A stretch of DNA of 60,449 nucleotides, filler included, from Globobulimina sp. (GCA_003354225.1; 12 parts of 12 records of this genome joined end to end with filler, not necessarily neighbours in it); one strand, 5' to 3'. Numbered from the whole stretch's first letter, positions 46,619-59,329 are shown. The notes: generated from the sequence alone by a model not told the origin. A program made the numbers and translations.

Positions 46619-49027
46619 ATGCTTTCTGCACTTATATTTTGCTTTTGTTGTTGGATTTCATTTGCTTTCAACCAAAACAAAACGATAAATGTTTACGGAA
46701 TTTCCAACCTTCAAATCCCATATGGTCAAATCATGGTAGCTGCACAACGATTGGCATTTGAACACATCAATGAGAATGAGGCCACCTTATTGCCCGGTTA
46801 CACGTTAAATTTAACATTGTTAGACGCAAACGAAGATACAACCATTGCGTTACAACATGTATTTGATATAATGGATAGCATACAAAACGAAGAAAATAAA
46901 GATATAATTTTGCCCATAGTTTTAGGCTGTCCCTATTCAGCATTATCGTCAATCACTGCACCTGCTTTAGGTGCAATCAATTGGTCACAAATAAGCAGTT
47001 CATCCACTTCCATCACATTATCAGACAGTTCCCGGTTCCCCACTTTCTATAGAACGATTGCTTCAGATTCCCTACAAAGTGCGGGCATTATGCGTCTATT
47101 AGAACATTTTAAATGGACTAAAGTTGCCATAATTTATTTCAATGATATATACGGCATTTATTTAACCATAGAAATCATGCGTTTGGCCTCCACACATCCA
47201 ACACAAAAATTTGAAGTGGCTTCCATTGCGTACATGATGGCAGACGCTGAATCCATTAAATCTGCAGTCGCTCAATTACGGTCATCTGGAATCTTTATAA
47301 CAGTTTTGCTGGTTCATGATGGTGATATTGGTCTATTTTTTGCAGAGTTGGAAGAACAATCAAGATGGGGATATCCATATTTTTATATTGGTGTAGATGC
47401 GTGGTTCGATGATACTGTTATCAAAGCCAGAAAGATTGAAAGATTCACGCAAGGATATCTCGGCACTGCTCCCTGGGCCTCCCACATGTTAGCAAAAAAG
47501 GACTATAATTCGACTCACATTCGGGCGGTGTACAACCGCTCTAATCGACATTATCAACATTTTAGCAAATTATGGGCTGATAAATATGCGCGAGATGCCG
47601 CTTTCTTATATAATGTATCGGCACCATCTGCGCTGTCAAGTTATGGATGGGATGCTGCGTATTCTGTTGCGTATATTGTACAAAATATAATGGATAGGGA
47701 TGGGACGACGGGCGTCGATAATTTATTGACCACTTCGATCGATGTTTTTAATGATATTTTAACAAATAACATATCATTTATTGGTATTACAGGTAATGTG
47801 TCGTATAAACCAAATGGTGATCGAGATAATGCGTTATTTGCCTATGGGAATATTTTAAATGGTTCAATTTCGTGGGTTGGATATTTTAGCGATTCTGATG
47901 ACGAACCATATCTTAATTTTGATGCTATAGTATGGCCAAAAGGTTTTGTGGAAAGAAATATGACTCCACGTAGTCATATATTGATTAAAAAGTCCTTAAT
48001 TTCCATTAATGATAGTTTATGGATTACATTTACATTTTTTAGTGTCTTGTCCATTGTTATTGTTTTAATTTATATAATATTAACATTTGTTTATTCGAAA
48101 CACAAAATAATGCGCGCAGCGTCATGGCGATTGAATATAATAACTTGTATTGGATGTTTAATGGCATATAGTTATATTATTATTATTGGGTTTGATGAGA
48201 ATAAGAGCTCTAACGATTCTGTGCATGAATTGAATACAATGTGTGTTATTCAACCATGGTTATTATGCATCTCATTTACTTTAGTTTTCATGCCTTTGTT
48301 TTTTAAAACCTATCGAATATCGATTATATTTACAAAGATTTTAAAAAGAAGTGTTTTAAGTGATACGTTATTATTATTTGCTGTGTCTGTTTGTGTATTG
48401 TTTGATATATTATTATTAACATTATTTACATCAATATCAGCACCACAAAGGTTATACAAAAATGGTCCATTGGAAGTGATTGATGCATTGCAAGAGAAAC
48501 AATATATTTATGCACATTGTCGGTCACCGGATTCAACGGTAAACTATGCATTTTATGGAGTGATTGGCGTTTATAAATTATTGCAAATATTATTCGGTAT
48601 TTATTGTTGTTTGATTGTATCACGAATTGGTATACGCGAAATAAGAAAATTTGATGAAACTTCTACTCAGTTAATTGCTGTTGTCATTTCAATCTCGTTA
48701 TTCATTTTATCTTTGATTATGATCGCATTCTTAAATGAATATGAAACGAATTGGTTATATTCAATTCAATCGACTGTTATTTTGGTAATTTGTAATGTTT
48801 GTTTATCATTTAATTTGGCTCCACGATTTATTGCAATTTTTACCGGGAAAAATGCGGGAAAATATAAAACAACACCGGACGAGGAAATAAATAAATATAT
48901 TCAACAACAATTGGAGCAATTGTTTAAAGAAAATGGTGGTACTGTTTCAATGGAATCAATTAAAAGTAGTACTGGGCGAGAACGTGATGCAACATATACT
49001 CTTAAAACACCATCTGCCAACAAATGA
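46619..49027 (+). CDS. Class C GPCR (GABA-B receptor-like): signal peptide, Venus-flytrap domain, 7TM
   Basis: LAFEHINE..LLPGYTL, LGCPYS, QISSSSTS..LSD.SRFPTFYRT, FKWTKVAI, YGWDA, FIGITGNVSY..NGDR, IMRAASWRLN, C..QPW, LFFKTYRI, FDET; no cysteine-rich domain. Confidence 0.93.
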   Translation: MLSALIFCFCCWISFAFNQNKTINVYGISNLQIPYGQIMVAAQRLAFEHINENEATLLPGYTLNLTLLDANEDTTIALQHVFDIMDSIQNEENKDIILPIVLGCPYSALSSITAPALGAINWSQISSSSTSITLSDSSRFPTFYRTIASDSLQSAGIMRLLEHFKWTKVAIIYFNDIYGIYLTIEIMRLASTHPTQKFEVASIAYMMADAESIKSAVAQLRSSGIFITVLLVHDGDIGLFFAELEEQSRWGYPYFYIGVDAWFDDTVIKARKIERFTQGYLGTAPWASHMLAKKDYNSTHIRAVYNRSNRHYQHFSKLWADKYARDAAFLYNVSAPSALSSYGWDAAYSVAYIVQNIMDRDGTTGVDNLLTTSIDVFNDILTNNISFIGITGNVSYKPNGDRDNALFAYGNILNGSISWVGYFSDSDDEPYLNFDAIVWPKGFVERNMTPRSHILIKKSLISINDSLWITFTFFSVLSIVIVLIYIILTFVYSKHKIMRAASWRLNIITCIGCLMAYSYIIIIGFDENKSSNDSVHELNTMCVIQPWLLCISFTLVFMPLFFKTYRISIIFTKILKRSVLSDTLLLFAVSVCVLFDILLLTLFTSISAPQRLYKNGPLEVIDALQEKQYIYAHCRSPDSTVNYAFYGVIGVYKLLQILFGIYCCLIVSRIGIREIRKFDETSTQLIAVVISISLFILSLIMIAFLNEYETNWLYSIQSTVILVICNVCLSFNLAPRFIAIFTGKNAGKYKTTPDEEINKYIQQQLEQLFKENGGTVSMESIKSSTGRERDATYTLKTPSANK

Positions 49028-49255
49028 TGATGCAATTCATTTCATTCCTCTTCAGCTTGTTATTTGTGATCCCTTTTATGATTGTTTACAATTTTTTGTT
49101 GAGTGATATAATATAGAATTTTATTTTATATATTTTTACCGTTATTGGTGTATCTGAATATATCGTCAAACAAAATTGTGTAATGTGCAAGGATAATTTG
49201 ATTGGATGAGCGGTGCGGTATGACCAAAGAATTAAGTTTTTTTTGAGTAAGATAG

Positions 49256-50367
49256 ATGTCGTATCTGGTACGAAATATATTGCCTGAATGGCTAATTGCA
49301 TACTGGTATACAAAAACTGACAAATACACAAAAATTGCAATTAAAGTTGGCTTATATGTGACATGTTTTTCATTATCAAGGCGAATATATTTTTCATTGT
49401 ACCGTAAATATTACAACTTACCATATGGACCAATTGGAGTACCATTTTTCGGTCAGTTATTCGCAATGAATAAGAACAGAGACAAATATTTTAAAGACTA
49501 TATATCAAAATTCGGTCCAACAACCTTGATACACACTGGTTTTACATCACATATTGTCATTAATGATCCATTAATTGCCCGTAATGTATCATTAAATCGC
49601 CAATATATTGCAAATGATGTGCATTATTTACGCTTTTTTAAAGATAACAACAATGCATTTGGTACAGTTGGTATTGATAAAATGCACATTATCTACGGAG
49701 ATCAATTAAACACTGCCAATCTGGAAATAGCAGTCAAGGATGGTTTAAAATCAGTGGTATTTCCTGTTTTTGATCGATCGTCTGTCGCAATTAAAATTCG
49801 TCCGTTAATTCGGAAATTTGTATACAGTCTCATGCATCACGCTGTTCTTGGCTTTCATATCACAGACAATGCATTTATCGATGAATTCCATGCAGTTACA
49901 CAGAAAGCAATTAATCGCGGAGTAAAAGGGTGGATAAAACAGTTACTTTTTAAAATAAAACCAACGCAATCCATCAATGACATTGATAATCATATCTACA
50001 AAGAAGGCATTGAGTACATTACAAAATATATCTCCGCTCATAAAGATATTATATTGCATAAAAACAACAATTCATTCTATTCCAAAATTTATCGAAGATT
50101 TGTGATGACCAACGAAATGGATGAAATTTCGTTGACATTAATGATGATATTTGTAATGATTTCGGCCGTGGGAGGCATTGCCTTTACAATGGAGCGTGCA
50201 TTGATTGTGTTGTGCAAATATAAGGATATCGAGGACTTATTATATAAGGAAATATGCCATGTTTTTGATATTGATGAAAATAATTATGTTAAAGATGAAT
50301 ATGTGGAATTAGATAGTTTTTATGATCAAATTCTGGGCAAAAAATTGAATAAGTTCCAAGCATTCAT
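49256..50367 (+). CDS. Cytochrome P450, 3'-partial
   Basis: N-terminal membrane anchor then LPYGPIGVPFFGQL, KFGP, IVINDP, and an I/J-helix pattern (...L.KY.DI...LY.EI). The EXXR and heme-Cys motifs lie beyond the contig end. Confidence 0.75.
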
Positions 50368-50570
50368 NNNNNNNNNNNNNNNNNNNNNNNNNNNNNNNNN
50401 NNNNNNNNNNNTTAATTAATTAANNNNNNNNNNNNNNNNNNNNNNNNNNNNNNNNNNNNNNNNNNNNACACAAACAAAAATACATAATAATAAAATGTAA
50501 TTATACAATAATAAAATGAACCTAAATATTCTTGAAATATACAATTCTATGTTGATAGTTTTGGTTGTGA

Positions 50571-51250
50571 TTAGCTATCAATAATATCCATTTTATAGTC
50601 ATTATATAGCTTTAAAATGTGTGGGATGTGTGGTATTTGGCGCATTGTATGTGATTCAACTAATTTTTGAGTATGTGATAAATATGGCGTATGTGTGGAT
50701 TGCGTGGATAGAATGTTGCTGTTTATGTTGGCCATTCTTTGTTGTTGTTGTTTATGTTGATAATGGATGACAAATCGCATAGTTTCTTGTTTGAATCGCA
50801 TAGTTTGGTGGAAATTTGGTTCAATGGAACCCTCGGATGTAAATGTAATATTATCTCTGTTGCGATTCATCGCTCCAGATTTAATATTCTTTGTTTGATT
50901 TAAAATTGTCTTTTTATTGCTATTTTCGTTAAATGATCTCATTGTCTTCGTCGTGGAGTTCTTTCTAATACTAATCGGGAATGGTTAATGAAAAAAGTCT
51001 GTGCTCGGAGGTTCAATACGTCGAAGATATTATCTAATTGGCTGAGTCTTGCTGATGTTGGATAGAGATACGATAATATAATTTTATGAATATCTCTTGA
51101 TGCAATGTCAGCTTTTGTAAATTGTTGGATAACGCAAAAGGTCGACTCGTCGAGAGATTGACTTAATGCTAAATCAGGAGATTCTGTGAAAAATGGATAA
51201 AATTCGCAGATATAATCTGAGTAATTTATTTGTACCGATTGTAAATTCAT
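50571..51250 (-). CDS. Hypothetical gene or gene remnant made of two overlapping ORFs (51250-50939; 50942-50571)
   Basis: Two protein-like ORFs overlap at ATGA. This could be one frameshifted or spliced gene; no motif recognised. Confidence 0.3.
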
Positions 51251-51323
51251 AATATATATATTATTATATGATCCCTTTACAGGTCCACCATATGATTAAA
51301 CTAATATATATATGATACTGCCA

Positions 51324-51413
51324 ATATGTGTACAGACATATGTCCCTACAGCTATCCACTGGTCATATGTCCCTACAGCTATGTGTACAGACATATGTCC
51401 CTATATGTCCCTA
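51324..51413 (+). repeat. Short irregular tandem repeat (ATATGTCCCTA x4)
   Basis: TATGTGTACAGACATATGTCCCTA x2 and CATATGTCCCTACAGCTAT x2. Confidence 0.85.
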
Positions 51414-52963
51414 AGTCTAGGTCAGTTAGAAAGTAGGTAGCATAAGTATGAGTTCGGCACGGGATCATATATTAAAAAAGTTACTCGAAAACTGTCTACA
51501 GCTAATGTACCGGGTGACCCGTCTGCTTTCTCCCGACATGTAATACATATATTATCTAATTTTTTGGATAATATATATATGATTTTTTTGATAAATTGAA
51601 TATAATGTTTTTGATGGCAAATCACGAATAAAATGATAGATTGTATTTCTTCTTAATCTATTAAATTCTGAGTATAAGTATTGAACTCTTGAATTTAAAT
51701 CTTCTGTTATCCGGTAATTTAAACACGGTTTGAGCTTATTGTCTGGGTTATCAATGGTGATTGCAATGATTGCTGATTTTTAGTGATTGCTGATTTTTTT
51801 ATTTCAATTTCGCTTTTAATCAATTCCAATGTCCTCCACACGACGTCTAATGGCTATATCCTTGATTTTATTTTTGACTTTTTTTTATTTTTTATTGCAA
51901 AATCGCCTGTTGTTTTTGAGACTGCTTTCAAACCAAGATAGCATATGCTTATGTTACATAGATTTTTCGTATGTAAACCGCTATCGTAGTTTAAAAATCC
52001 AATCTCGGCTAGAAGTGACTGTAAAAGCGTTAGTTGACATTGGTCAATTCTTGAATAAAGCACTGTATTCAAAATTTTTACAGTAAAACAAGCTTTTTTA
52101 TCTAGGCATCAGCACACTAACTCTTTCGTCATTTTGCTTGCTTTGTGCTTTTGGTATTGTGTGTGTGTTGTATCAATCAGATAGGTTCTAAAAGAAATGG
52201 ACTTAAAATTATTAATAACTCATTTTATATTCATTTTTACATTTAATACCATGCATCTTAAGCATCAAATTTATTGTATTTATTATTCTCATATTTGTAC
52301 GACGTAAAATATATGCATATGGCATGGTAATTATCGTCTAATTAATTAAGAGAAGTAAAATGATATAAATCGCAATTCTCAATGCTTTAAATAATGCTAT
52401 GAATTGATGATGAATTATTCGTTAATTTCGTTTAATGCATGCGCATAAATAGAATACCATTAATAATTACTTTTTATTTCTATTATTTGTCAAATCTAAC
52501 TTTGTCAAATCGAAGAATTGAAGTCTTTCCTTTTAGATCCTATCTGATTGACGAAAGAGTCAGTGTGGTCATCACTACATATAATATGAATAATATACTA
52601 AAAAACACAAAATAGGTTGTTCCATATCCCAGGTACACTCTAGCACGTTACAGCTGATTATAGGCGATTTTTCAGAAACGCTGTTTGTATACGATGTTTA
52701 TGGAAGTTGCCAAATATTAATATTTAGTTTATTCATAAAGTGTGACAGCCAAAGCCAGTAAGGATTATTTATCCAAAAGTTAAAAAATGAAACTGCATCG
52801 TTAAAAACAATTAATCCTAATGAATAATAAAGAAAAAAATGAAAGGAAAAAAAATACAAAAAAATGCCACAAACACAAAAAACATTGCATATTTTAGCAA
52901 GTTACAACTGTTGACAGTCAAAACATATTAAGCTATAACAAGAAAAAAAATAAACTGTACACA

Positions 52964-55378
52964 TTATCCAAATATATTGGTGAATAAATTGTTATTGTTA
53001 CTATTATTATTATTATTATTATTATTTTTCTGTTGTTGCTGTTGAATGGAATTAAAATATTTTTGATAATGTTTTATATAATTCCTTAACTGATTAATTT
53101 GTTCATTTGTTTTTTTTAAAAGTTGGATTTTTTCATTGGCAAATTCTTGGAGAATAAGCTCCATTTGACTCAATTTATAATTTGCATTAAATAATTTGGT
53201 CTCTAACTGAGATTTGTCATTCCTTAATCGTTGTGTATGCGACCTTTCTTTTGATAGCTCGATTTCTATCGCTTTGGCATCCAATCGACTCAATTCCGTC
53301 GAGTTCTGTTCTTGGCGCAAACGCTTTATCTCTTTGGTTTGGTCCACGATCAACGACGTCTTCTTTTCCAACGATAGAATCTTATTTAACTGTTTGTTCT
53401 CTTTGTCCCTCATTCCATTGATCTCGCTCTCCAATCGGTCATTTCGCTGCGATAAACTGCACAGTCTTTCATTCAATTCGGCGATGATGTCATTATTATC
53501 ATCATTATCATCATTATCATGGCCGCCGCCATCATCCAAATAAGGATCAACAGTCTCGATCTCGTCCAAAACATCGCGCGCCACCACATCTGCCAAAACC
53601 GGCGGGACATTTAACTGAGATTTCAAATCTAACACTGCAGAATCCATTTTTTTGTGTCTTTTTCGAACTTTATCCGCCAAACCATATAAATCTAATAACC
53701 AGTTTTCAGGAATTAATCCTTTATCCGATAGCTCGATAATTGAGGGTCGTTTGCTTGGATCCAACTTAGTATTCAATTCGTCCATCACCGATTTCTTTCG
53801 GGCGTGTTGCTCCCGCACCGCCTCCGAATGGTCGCGACCTATGAAATCCGGATGCATTATACCACGATTTGTCAAATCATAAATGTCCTCTCTGTGCGGG
53901 AAAAACCCTTCCAATAAATCTAAGGCTATCTCACGACCCAATGCTTGCCGCAAAAAAGATTGTTCCTAGTTTTATTTTATTTTATTTTATTTTAATTTTA
54001 TATGCGATCATTGCGATGCGATGCGATTCTGCGCAAAGCACAATCACTTAACTGGACTCTCAAAGTATTGCGGCGGCACAAATCCCCAAACTTCAATTTG
54101 TTGTTTTGATGGTCTGAGACTCAATCTTCGTTCTAATTTATTTGTCACTTCGTCCTTTTGCGCTGGATTCATGGGCACAAAATTCTGCATTGGCTCATAA
54201 ACAAAGGATATTTGCCATTCATCATCGTCGTCGTTGTTGTTGTTGTTGATGTTATTAATGATATTGTTGTCTGTGTCTGTGTCATGGACGGAGGTAAGCA
54301 ATGTTTCGGCCAATGTAGCAGCCACAGGCTCTGGTAAATGTTTTTCCAGCCGTTCCTGAACGTGCTCCATTCGCGATTCTTTCCTCTGGTGATTGGCCAC
54401 CGCGTCTTCTAATAAGTTGTCCAAATAATCGTGAGGTATAATATGCATATCGCCCAAATCAGTGATTGTTGGTCTTTTGTTATGTGATAGTTTCTCATTT
54501 AACTCTTTTGAGATTTCATTCCTTTTTTCTTGCTCTTTTTTGTTGTCGTCTACCGAGTGATAAATATTTTTCATTTGCAGCTCGTCCAAAGTCGGTCTTC
54601 GATGATGAAAGTCCTCCAAATTGTTACTGATCATCTCTTTGACCAAAGACTTTCCCTTTATCGACGCACTGGGGTCTTGGAAGTAATTTGGTGGCACAAT
54701 ATTAAGCATCTCCAATTCTTGCTGCTGCAGTCGGCTCGGCAGCCATTGCGCCAATGAGTGGGACACCATTTCGTGTTCATAATCAATGTTCTTTGTAGTC
54801 GCAAATGGATCTGAAAAATAGTTTGGTGGCACAATACCTTGCCTTTCAATCTCGAATTGCGAGGTTCTGGCTTGCAATTTGCGAGAAAGTGCTTTTGACG
54901 CTTCTTCGGGGTCCAACTCACTACAATTTATATTATTCGCTATTACATTAGAAATTATTCCATTATTATTATTCGACATTTCATCGCTATCATCTATTAT
55001 ATTATCTTTATCACTCTCTTCTATTAATATTAGATCATCATTGCTGTCCTCGTCCTCGTCCTCGTCCTCATCCTCATCATCATCATTGCTGTCCTCATTG
55101 CGTATATTCTCATCATCGTTGCGTATACTATCGATTTTTATACATTCTTCAATTGTTATAAATACTCCATGACCATTGTTGCAATTGAAATATTGGACGC
55201 CAGCAGTGCTCCCATCATGCCCTTCATCAATACATTCATCTAATTCTATTCCGACAAAGACGCCGACTGAGACAGTATTTAATCCTTTGACTGGGCCCAC
55301 ATACTGACATGTACCACGATAATTATCCTTAGTTTCAACCCTATCTCCAACCTGGATATGAGTCACTGAAGTTGACAT
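52964..55378 (-). CDS. CAP-Gly + multiple RPEL-like repeats + C-terminal coiled-coil protein, two exons (55378-54053; 53965-52964)
   Basis: CAP-Gly: VGDRV..GTCQYVG..FVGIELD..GHDGSTAGVQYFNC..GHGVFI. RPEL-like units include RRPTLDELQMKNI, KRPTITDLGDMHII, LSLRPSKQQIEVWGFV, KRPSIIELSDKGLI. Phase-0 intron at 54052-53966 (87 nt). Confidence 0.88.
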
Positions 55379-55738
55379 TAAACGTATACGTACGGATTAA
55401 AGCCAAAANNNNNNNNNNNNNNNNNNNNNNNNNNNNNNNNNNNNNNNNNNNNTTAATTAATTAANNNNNNNNNNNNNNNNNNNNNNNNNNNNNNNNNNNN
55501 NNNNNNNNTAAATGCTACCGCAGCTTTAAATTGAGGATCAAATTGCGGCAGACTGTAAATGCACTTCATCAAAAGATGTGGAAAGCACAATATTATCGCT
55601 ATTACGTTATGTAATTTAATCCTAAACTGTTTATTCTTTTTGCCTTTAAATTTCAATACATTCACTCATATAATTTTCAATTATTACATATTTTTTTTTC
55701 ACTTGCAAACACATATTTGTTTTGTATTTATTAATTAG

Positions 55739-56116
55739 TTGGTGCGGGTTCTAATTATTTGGTGCGGGTTATACTTATTTCGTGTGCGGGCGGTGTGCGT
55801 TATATATTTTATTCGTGTGCGGGTCACTTGTTTCTGGTGTGTGTTTCACTTTTTTCTTGTGTGCGGGTCACTTTTTTCTGGTGTGTGGGTCACTTTTTTC
55901 TTGGGTGTGCGTTATATTTTTATCAGTGAATTGTTTAGAGGACATATAATATTGATTATGAAGAAGATGACATTGAAAAATATAGCTTGCGCACAGGAAA
56001 TAAATGTAACCCACACACCAAATAAATGTTACCCGCACACCAAATAAATGTCCCCCGCACACGAAATAAATGTAACCCGCACACACGAAATAAATGTTCA
56101 CCGCACACGAAAAAAT
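55739..56116. repeat. Foldback-like structure: tandem 21-23-nt units facing an inverted array of the same units
   Basis: Left arm about 8 x GTGTGCGGGT(T/C)A...TTT; right arm about 5-6 x AAATAAATGT(A/T)ACCCGCACAC; about 65-nt spacer. Confidence 0.8.
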
Positions 56117-56906
56117 TGAAAACACAAACCATCCAAATTCGTCTCCCACCCGGCGAAAGAACAACGCGCACCATGGAAATGAACAACGCGCACAAAGTTT
56201 TCTTGCAAGTGAAAAAAAAATATGTAATAATATTGGTAATACATTTGCATTATAGTCCAATTTCTGTGTGGTATTATAATTTCTTTCATTTGCTCCAAAT
56301 TGTGCCATAGCTTTATACATTGAATCAAATATAATTGCTCCACCTATTTATAGTTCAAATTTAATTATAGTGCAAGATAAAAACAATGAAATAAATGCGC
56401 TTAACCATATCCACAATCATACATGCGGCAATTTGATGCATATTTTTCAAATATTGTTTTGACCACACTGTCAATTAATTGCGGAGGTGTTTGGGCATTA
56501 TGTGACACAAATAAGATACTCCAAAATAAACAACCAAACAGCATCATTTTAGTAAGTCAAGCTCTTTGTGGCGATGGGAATTTTATAAAAGCATCGGTAA
56601 TTCGGTAACTATAGCTAGTAATTTGAAATAATTCTGTTTTTAGAAATGTATACATGTATATTAAGGCTCATTATTGGCCCTGTAACTCCTCTTCCATTTT
56701 TAGATAAAATTAGGCCACGAATACAGACCAAATTATATTAAACAATTAATTATAATTAACTGCGAGACAAAAAATATAAATAAGAGGAAAAATAACGAGT
56801 TTGAGAAAAAATAACTTTAAGTTAAACAAAACAAGATACATAAATTCCAATGATCACAAAAAGATGGAGTTGAATAAATTGATGTTGGTGATTTGTTCAT
56901 CTTTTG

Positions 56907-57182
56907 TCATTGTTGTATTTGTTCATCTTTTTTATTGTTGATTATGGTGACCGTCAAATCATTTTTCAAGGTAAATGCTGTAAATTGTGTAAAATCTTCA
57001 TTCATTAATGACTTTAAATCATATGTTGAGTTTCCTTGAGCCAAAAAGCATTTGGTATAATTGCCGACTAATGATTTTGCCGATTTCTTTGTTGGGCCAT
57101 GATTGATAATACTCGATAATGTGTATGAACCAATTGCAACGATAACAGTGACAGCAACGACTGATTTGGACATCAACGACAT
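56907..57182 (-). CDS. Small protein with N-terminal hydrophobic anchor (possibly only a first exon)
   Basis: ATG start and VVAVTVIVAIGSYTL hydrophobic stretch; divergent from the next gene (94 nt apart). Confidence 0.4.
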   Translation of the reverse strand: MSLMSKSVVAVTVIVAIGSYTLSSIINHGPTKKSAKSLVGNYTKCFLAQGNSTYDLKSLMNEDFTQFTAFTLKNDLTVTIINNKKDEQIQQ

Positions 57183-57276
57183 CTGTCAGAATCTTACGGT
57201 CAGAAATGTTTTTTCAAGTTTTTGATGATAACAAACAAATACATTTTGCCTTGTTTTTACATGCAGTTCTCCCAAA

Positions 57277-59329
57277 ATGCCAACTACTCCTCTTCAACAA
57301 CAAAGATTAGTTATTGATACATACAATAAAATTGTCAATGATGATGTTAAAAATGCTCTGCAATCATTGAAGTTATTAGAGACAACAATTGAATTTTTAA
57401 AAAATGAAAGATCAAATATTGCGGAAATATCATTGTTGTATTGTTTAAAATCTGATTATTTATGTGATAATGGATCATATGATGATGCGTATAAATTGAT
57501 AATGGATGCTGCTAAAATGGATTCCGAAAGGAAAGAAGTATTACAATCATTAATAAATATATATACTCCGCGAGCAAACGGTAACAAACCACATTCCAAT
57601 CCGTATGAAGATGATGAAAAAGCAAATGAATATGCCACAAGATTAGCTTCTTTGTACACCGATGATCCAAATTCTTTGCATATTGCTGGTCAGACATACT
57701 CCATTTTAGGTTTATACGATGATTCCCTGCGTGTTTTAAAAAAAGCATTTTTTATTTTGATGAAACCAAACAATCAGTTAATTTATTTTTAATTTGTTTT
57801 TCCGATATTAATTGAAATATATTTACAGCGAATTTGATTATTCGATAGCAAAGAATTTAGCGGAAGAAATAAAAAAAAAGATTACCGATACGTATATTGA
57901 CCGATATTCAAATTGTCCAAATGATTCACATGAGATTATTATTAAATATTTAATTGAATTAATTGAGTGGAGATATAACGATTTTAATGCATCAAATTTA
58001 ACTATTTGTCTTCAAGAAATATGGGAAAGAATGGAATATATATTAATAAATCATCAAAATGAATGGAATAGAATACAAAAATTATTGTCAAATATTCCTT
58101 GTTCAATTCCGTTACCCGCAAATATATTGAATTTATCTTACAATATATTCAAAATAAATGAAAAATATTATCCCGGTGTTGAATTTTTTACGCGATTAAT
58201 CACCGAATATCAAACCTATAATGATAACATGTTACATCTTCATGCTAAATTCGAACAATTTCATATTTTATATTTAAACCGAGCCAAATTGTACCAAATA
58301 TTAAAGAAATATGACGCAATGATGGAAGATATCGATGACTGTAACACCCGCTTATTATGCAAACAAACGGATATTAATAAAGTTGCCACCCAAAATCTAT
58401 CAAATTACATTTTAAATCAAGAAAATGAAAAACCAATTATTGAAACAGTGCAACAAATTAAAAAACGACGAGGTTTGCTTTTCATTTAATTTCCGTATTT
58501 CCGAGCAAATTGTTTTTTTTTTTTGCATTTTACAGCAAGCCGATTAAGCAATATTTCCATATCTCCGATGCCAAAGCAATACAGAGATTTCCATTTAACT
58601 CCAAAAAGTGCTAAAGGGAAAATTATCGCTTCCAAACGAAAGAAATTGAAAAATAAGAGATATTCATTAAATTATATTGACCAAATGCAAGTCATTGATG
58701 ATGAAAATAAAGAGGCTGAAGACCAAAATGGCGAATATTTAAAATTACAAAGTCAAAATAATTTATTAGAGAATAAAATTATTGATTTAAAAAGTTTGTA
58801 TATATTTGATATTTTTTTGTTGGTTGATATATAATAAAAATAAACAGATGATTTAAATCGTGCAACATCAAAAAATAATGAATATAAAAATGAGATTGAA
58901 CAATTACAACAACAAACGGTGAAACCAGCAGACAATTTTTGTGATGATACAGCGAATGAAGATGGAGAGAAACAGGAATATCAAGAAAATAAAAAACATA
59001 TTATGTCCGAATTGCAATCGGCGGATCAAGCAAATCAAAAAAAAATTAAATCCTTAAAAAGGGAAATTGCGATTTTAAAAGATTGTAAAATGAAAAATAA
59101 CCAGTTGAAAATCAAAAAGGTTTGTAATTTGCTGTTTGTTTTGATGTTATGAATGACTTTTGTTTGTGGTGTGTGTTAATGACAGGAACCAAAAAAATTA
59201 AAAAGCTCTTATTCGGTTTGTGGATGTATTGGAAAATTAATGAAATTTTTGATTGGTGTATTTATTTTTATATCTCTTGTGATTTTGTTTTATGACTGGG
59301 CGGTGTCTATGGAGTTACCTTATTTATAA
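57277..59329 (+). CDS. TPR-like helical-repeat protein with coiled coil and C-terminal TM anchor; about 5 exons
   Basis: TPR-like AGQTYSILGLYDDSLRVLKKA and YLNRAKLYQILKKYDAMMEDI. Introns 57777-57828 and 59120-59185 are phase-compatible; two more lie near 58472-58535 and 58795-58847. The last exon reads EPKKLKSSYSVCGCIGKLMKFLIGVFIFISLVILFYDWAVSMELPYL*. Confidence 0.7.

Noticed and set aside
4953..55508. Regularly spaced TTAATTAATTAA palindromes as a biological repeat, and any operon or system spanning them
   Set aside because: They are N-flanked six-frame-stop linkers between length-sorted contigs; adjacency across them is meaningless.
55739..56116. CRISPR array
   Set aside because: Units are contiguous and degenerate with no unique spacers, occur in both orientations, and there are no cas genes; the context is eukaryotic.
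1451..59329. Alternative genetic code or stop readthrough to explain split ORFs
   Set aside because: Most splits I checked are resolved by phase-compatible GT-AG introns, and long ORFs translate cleanly in the standard code.
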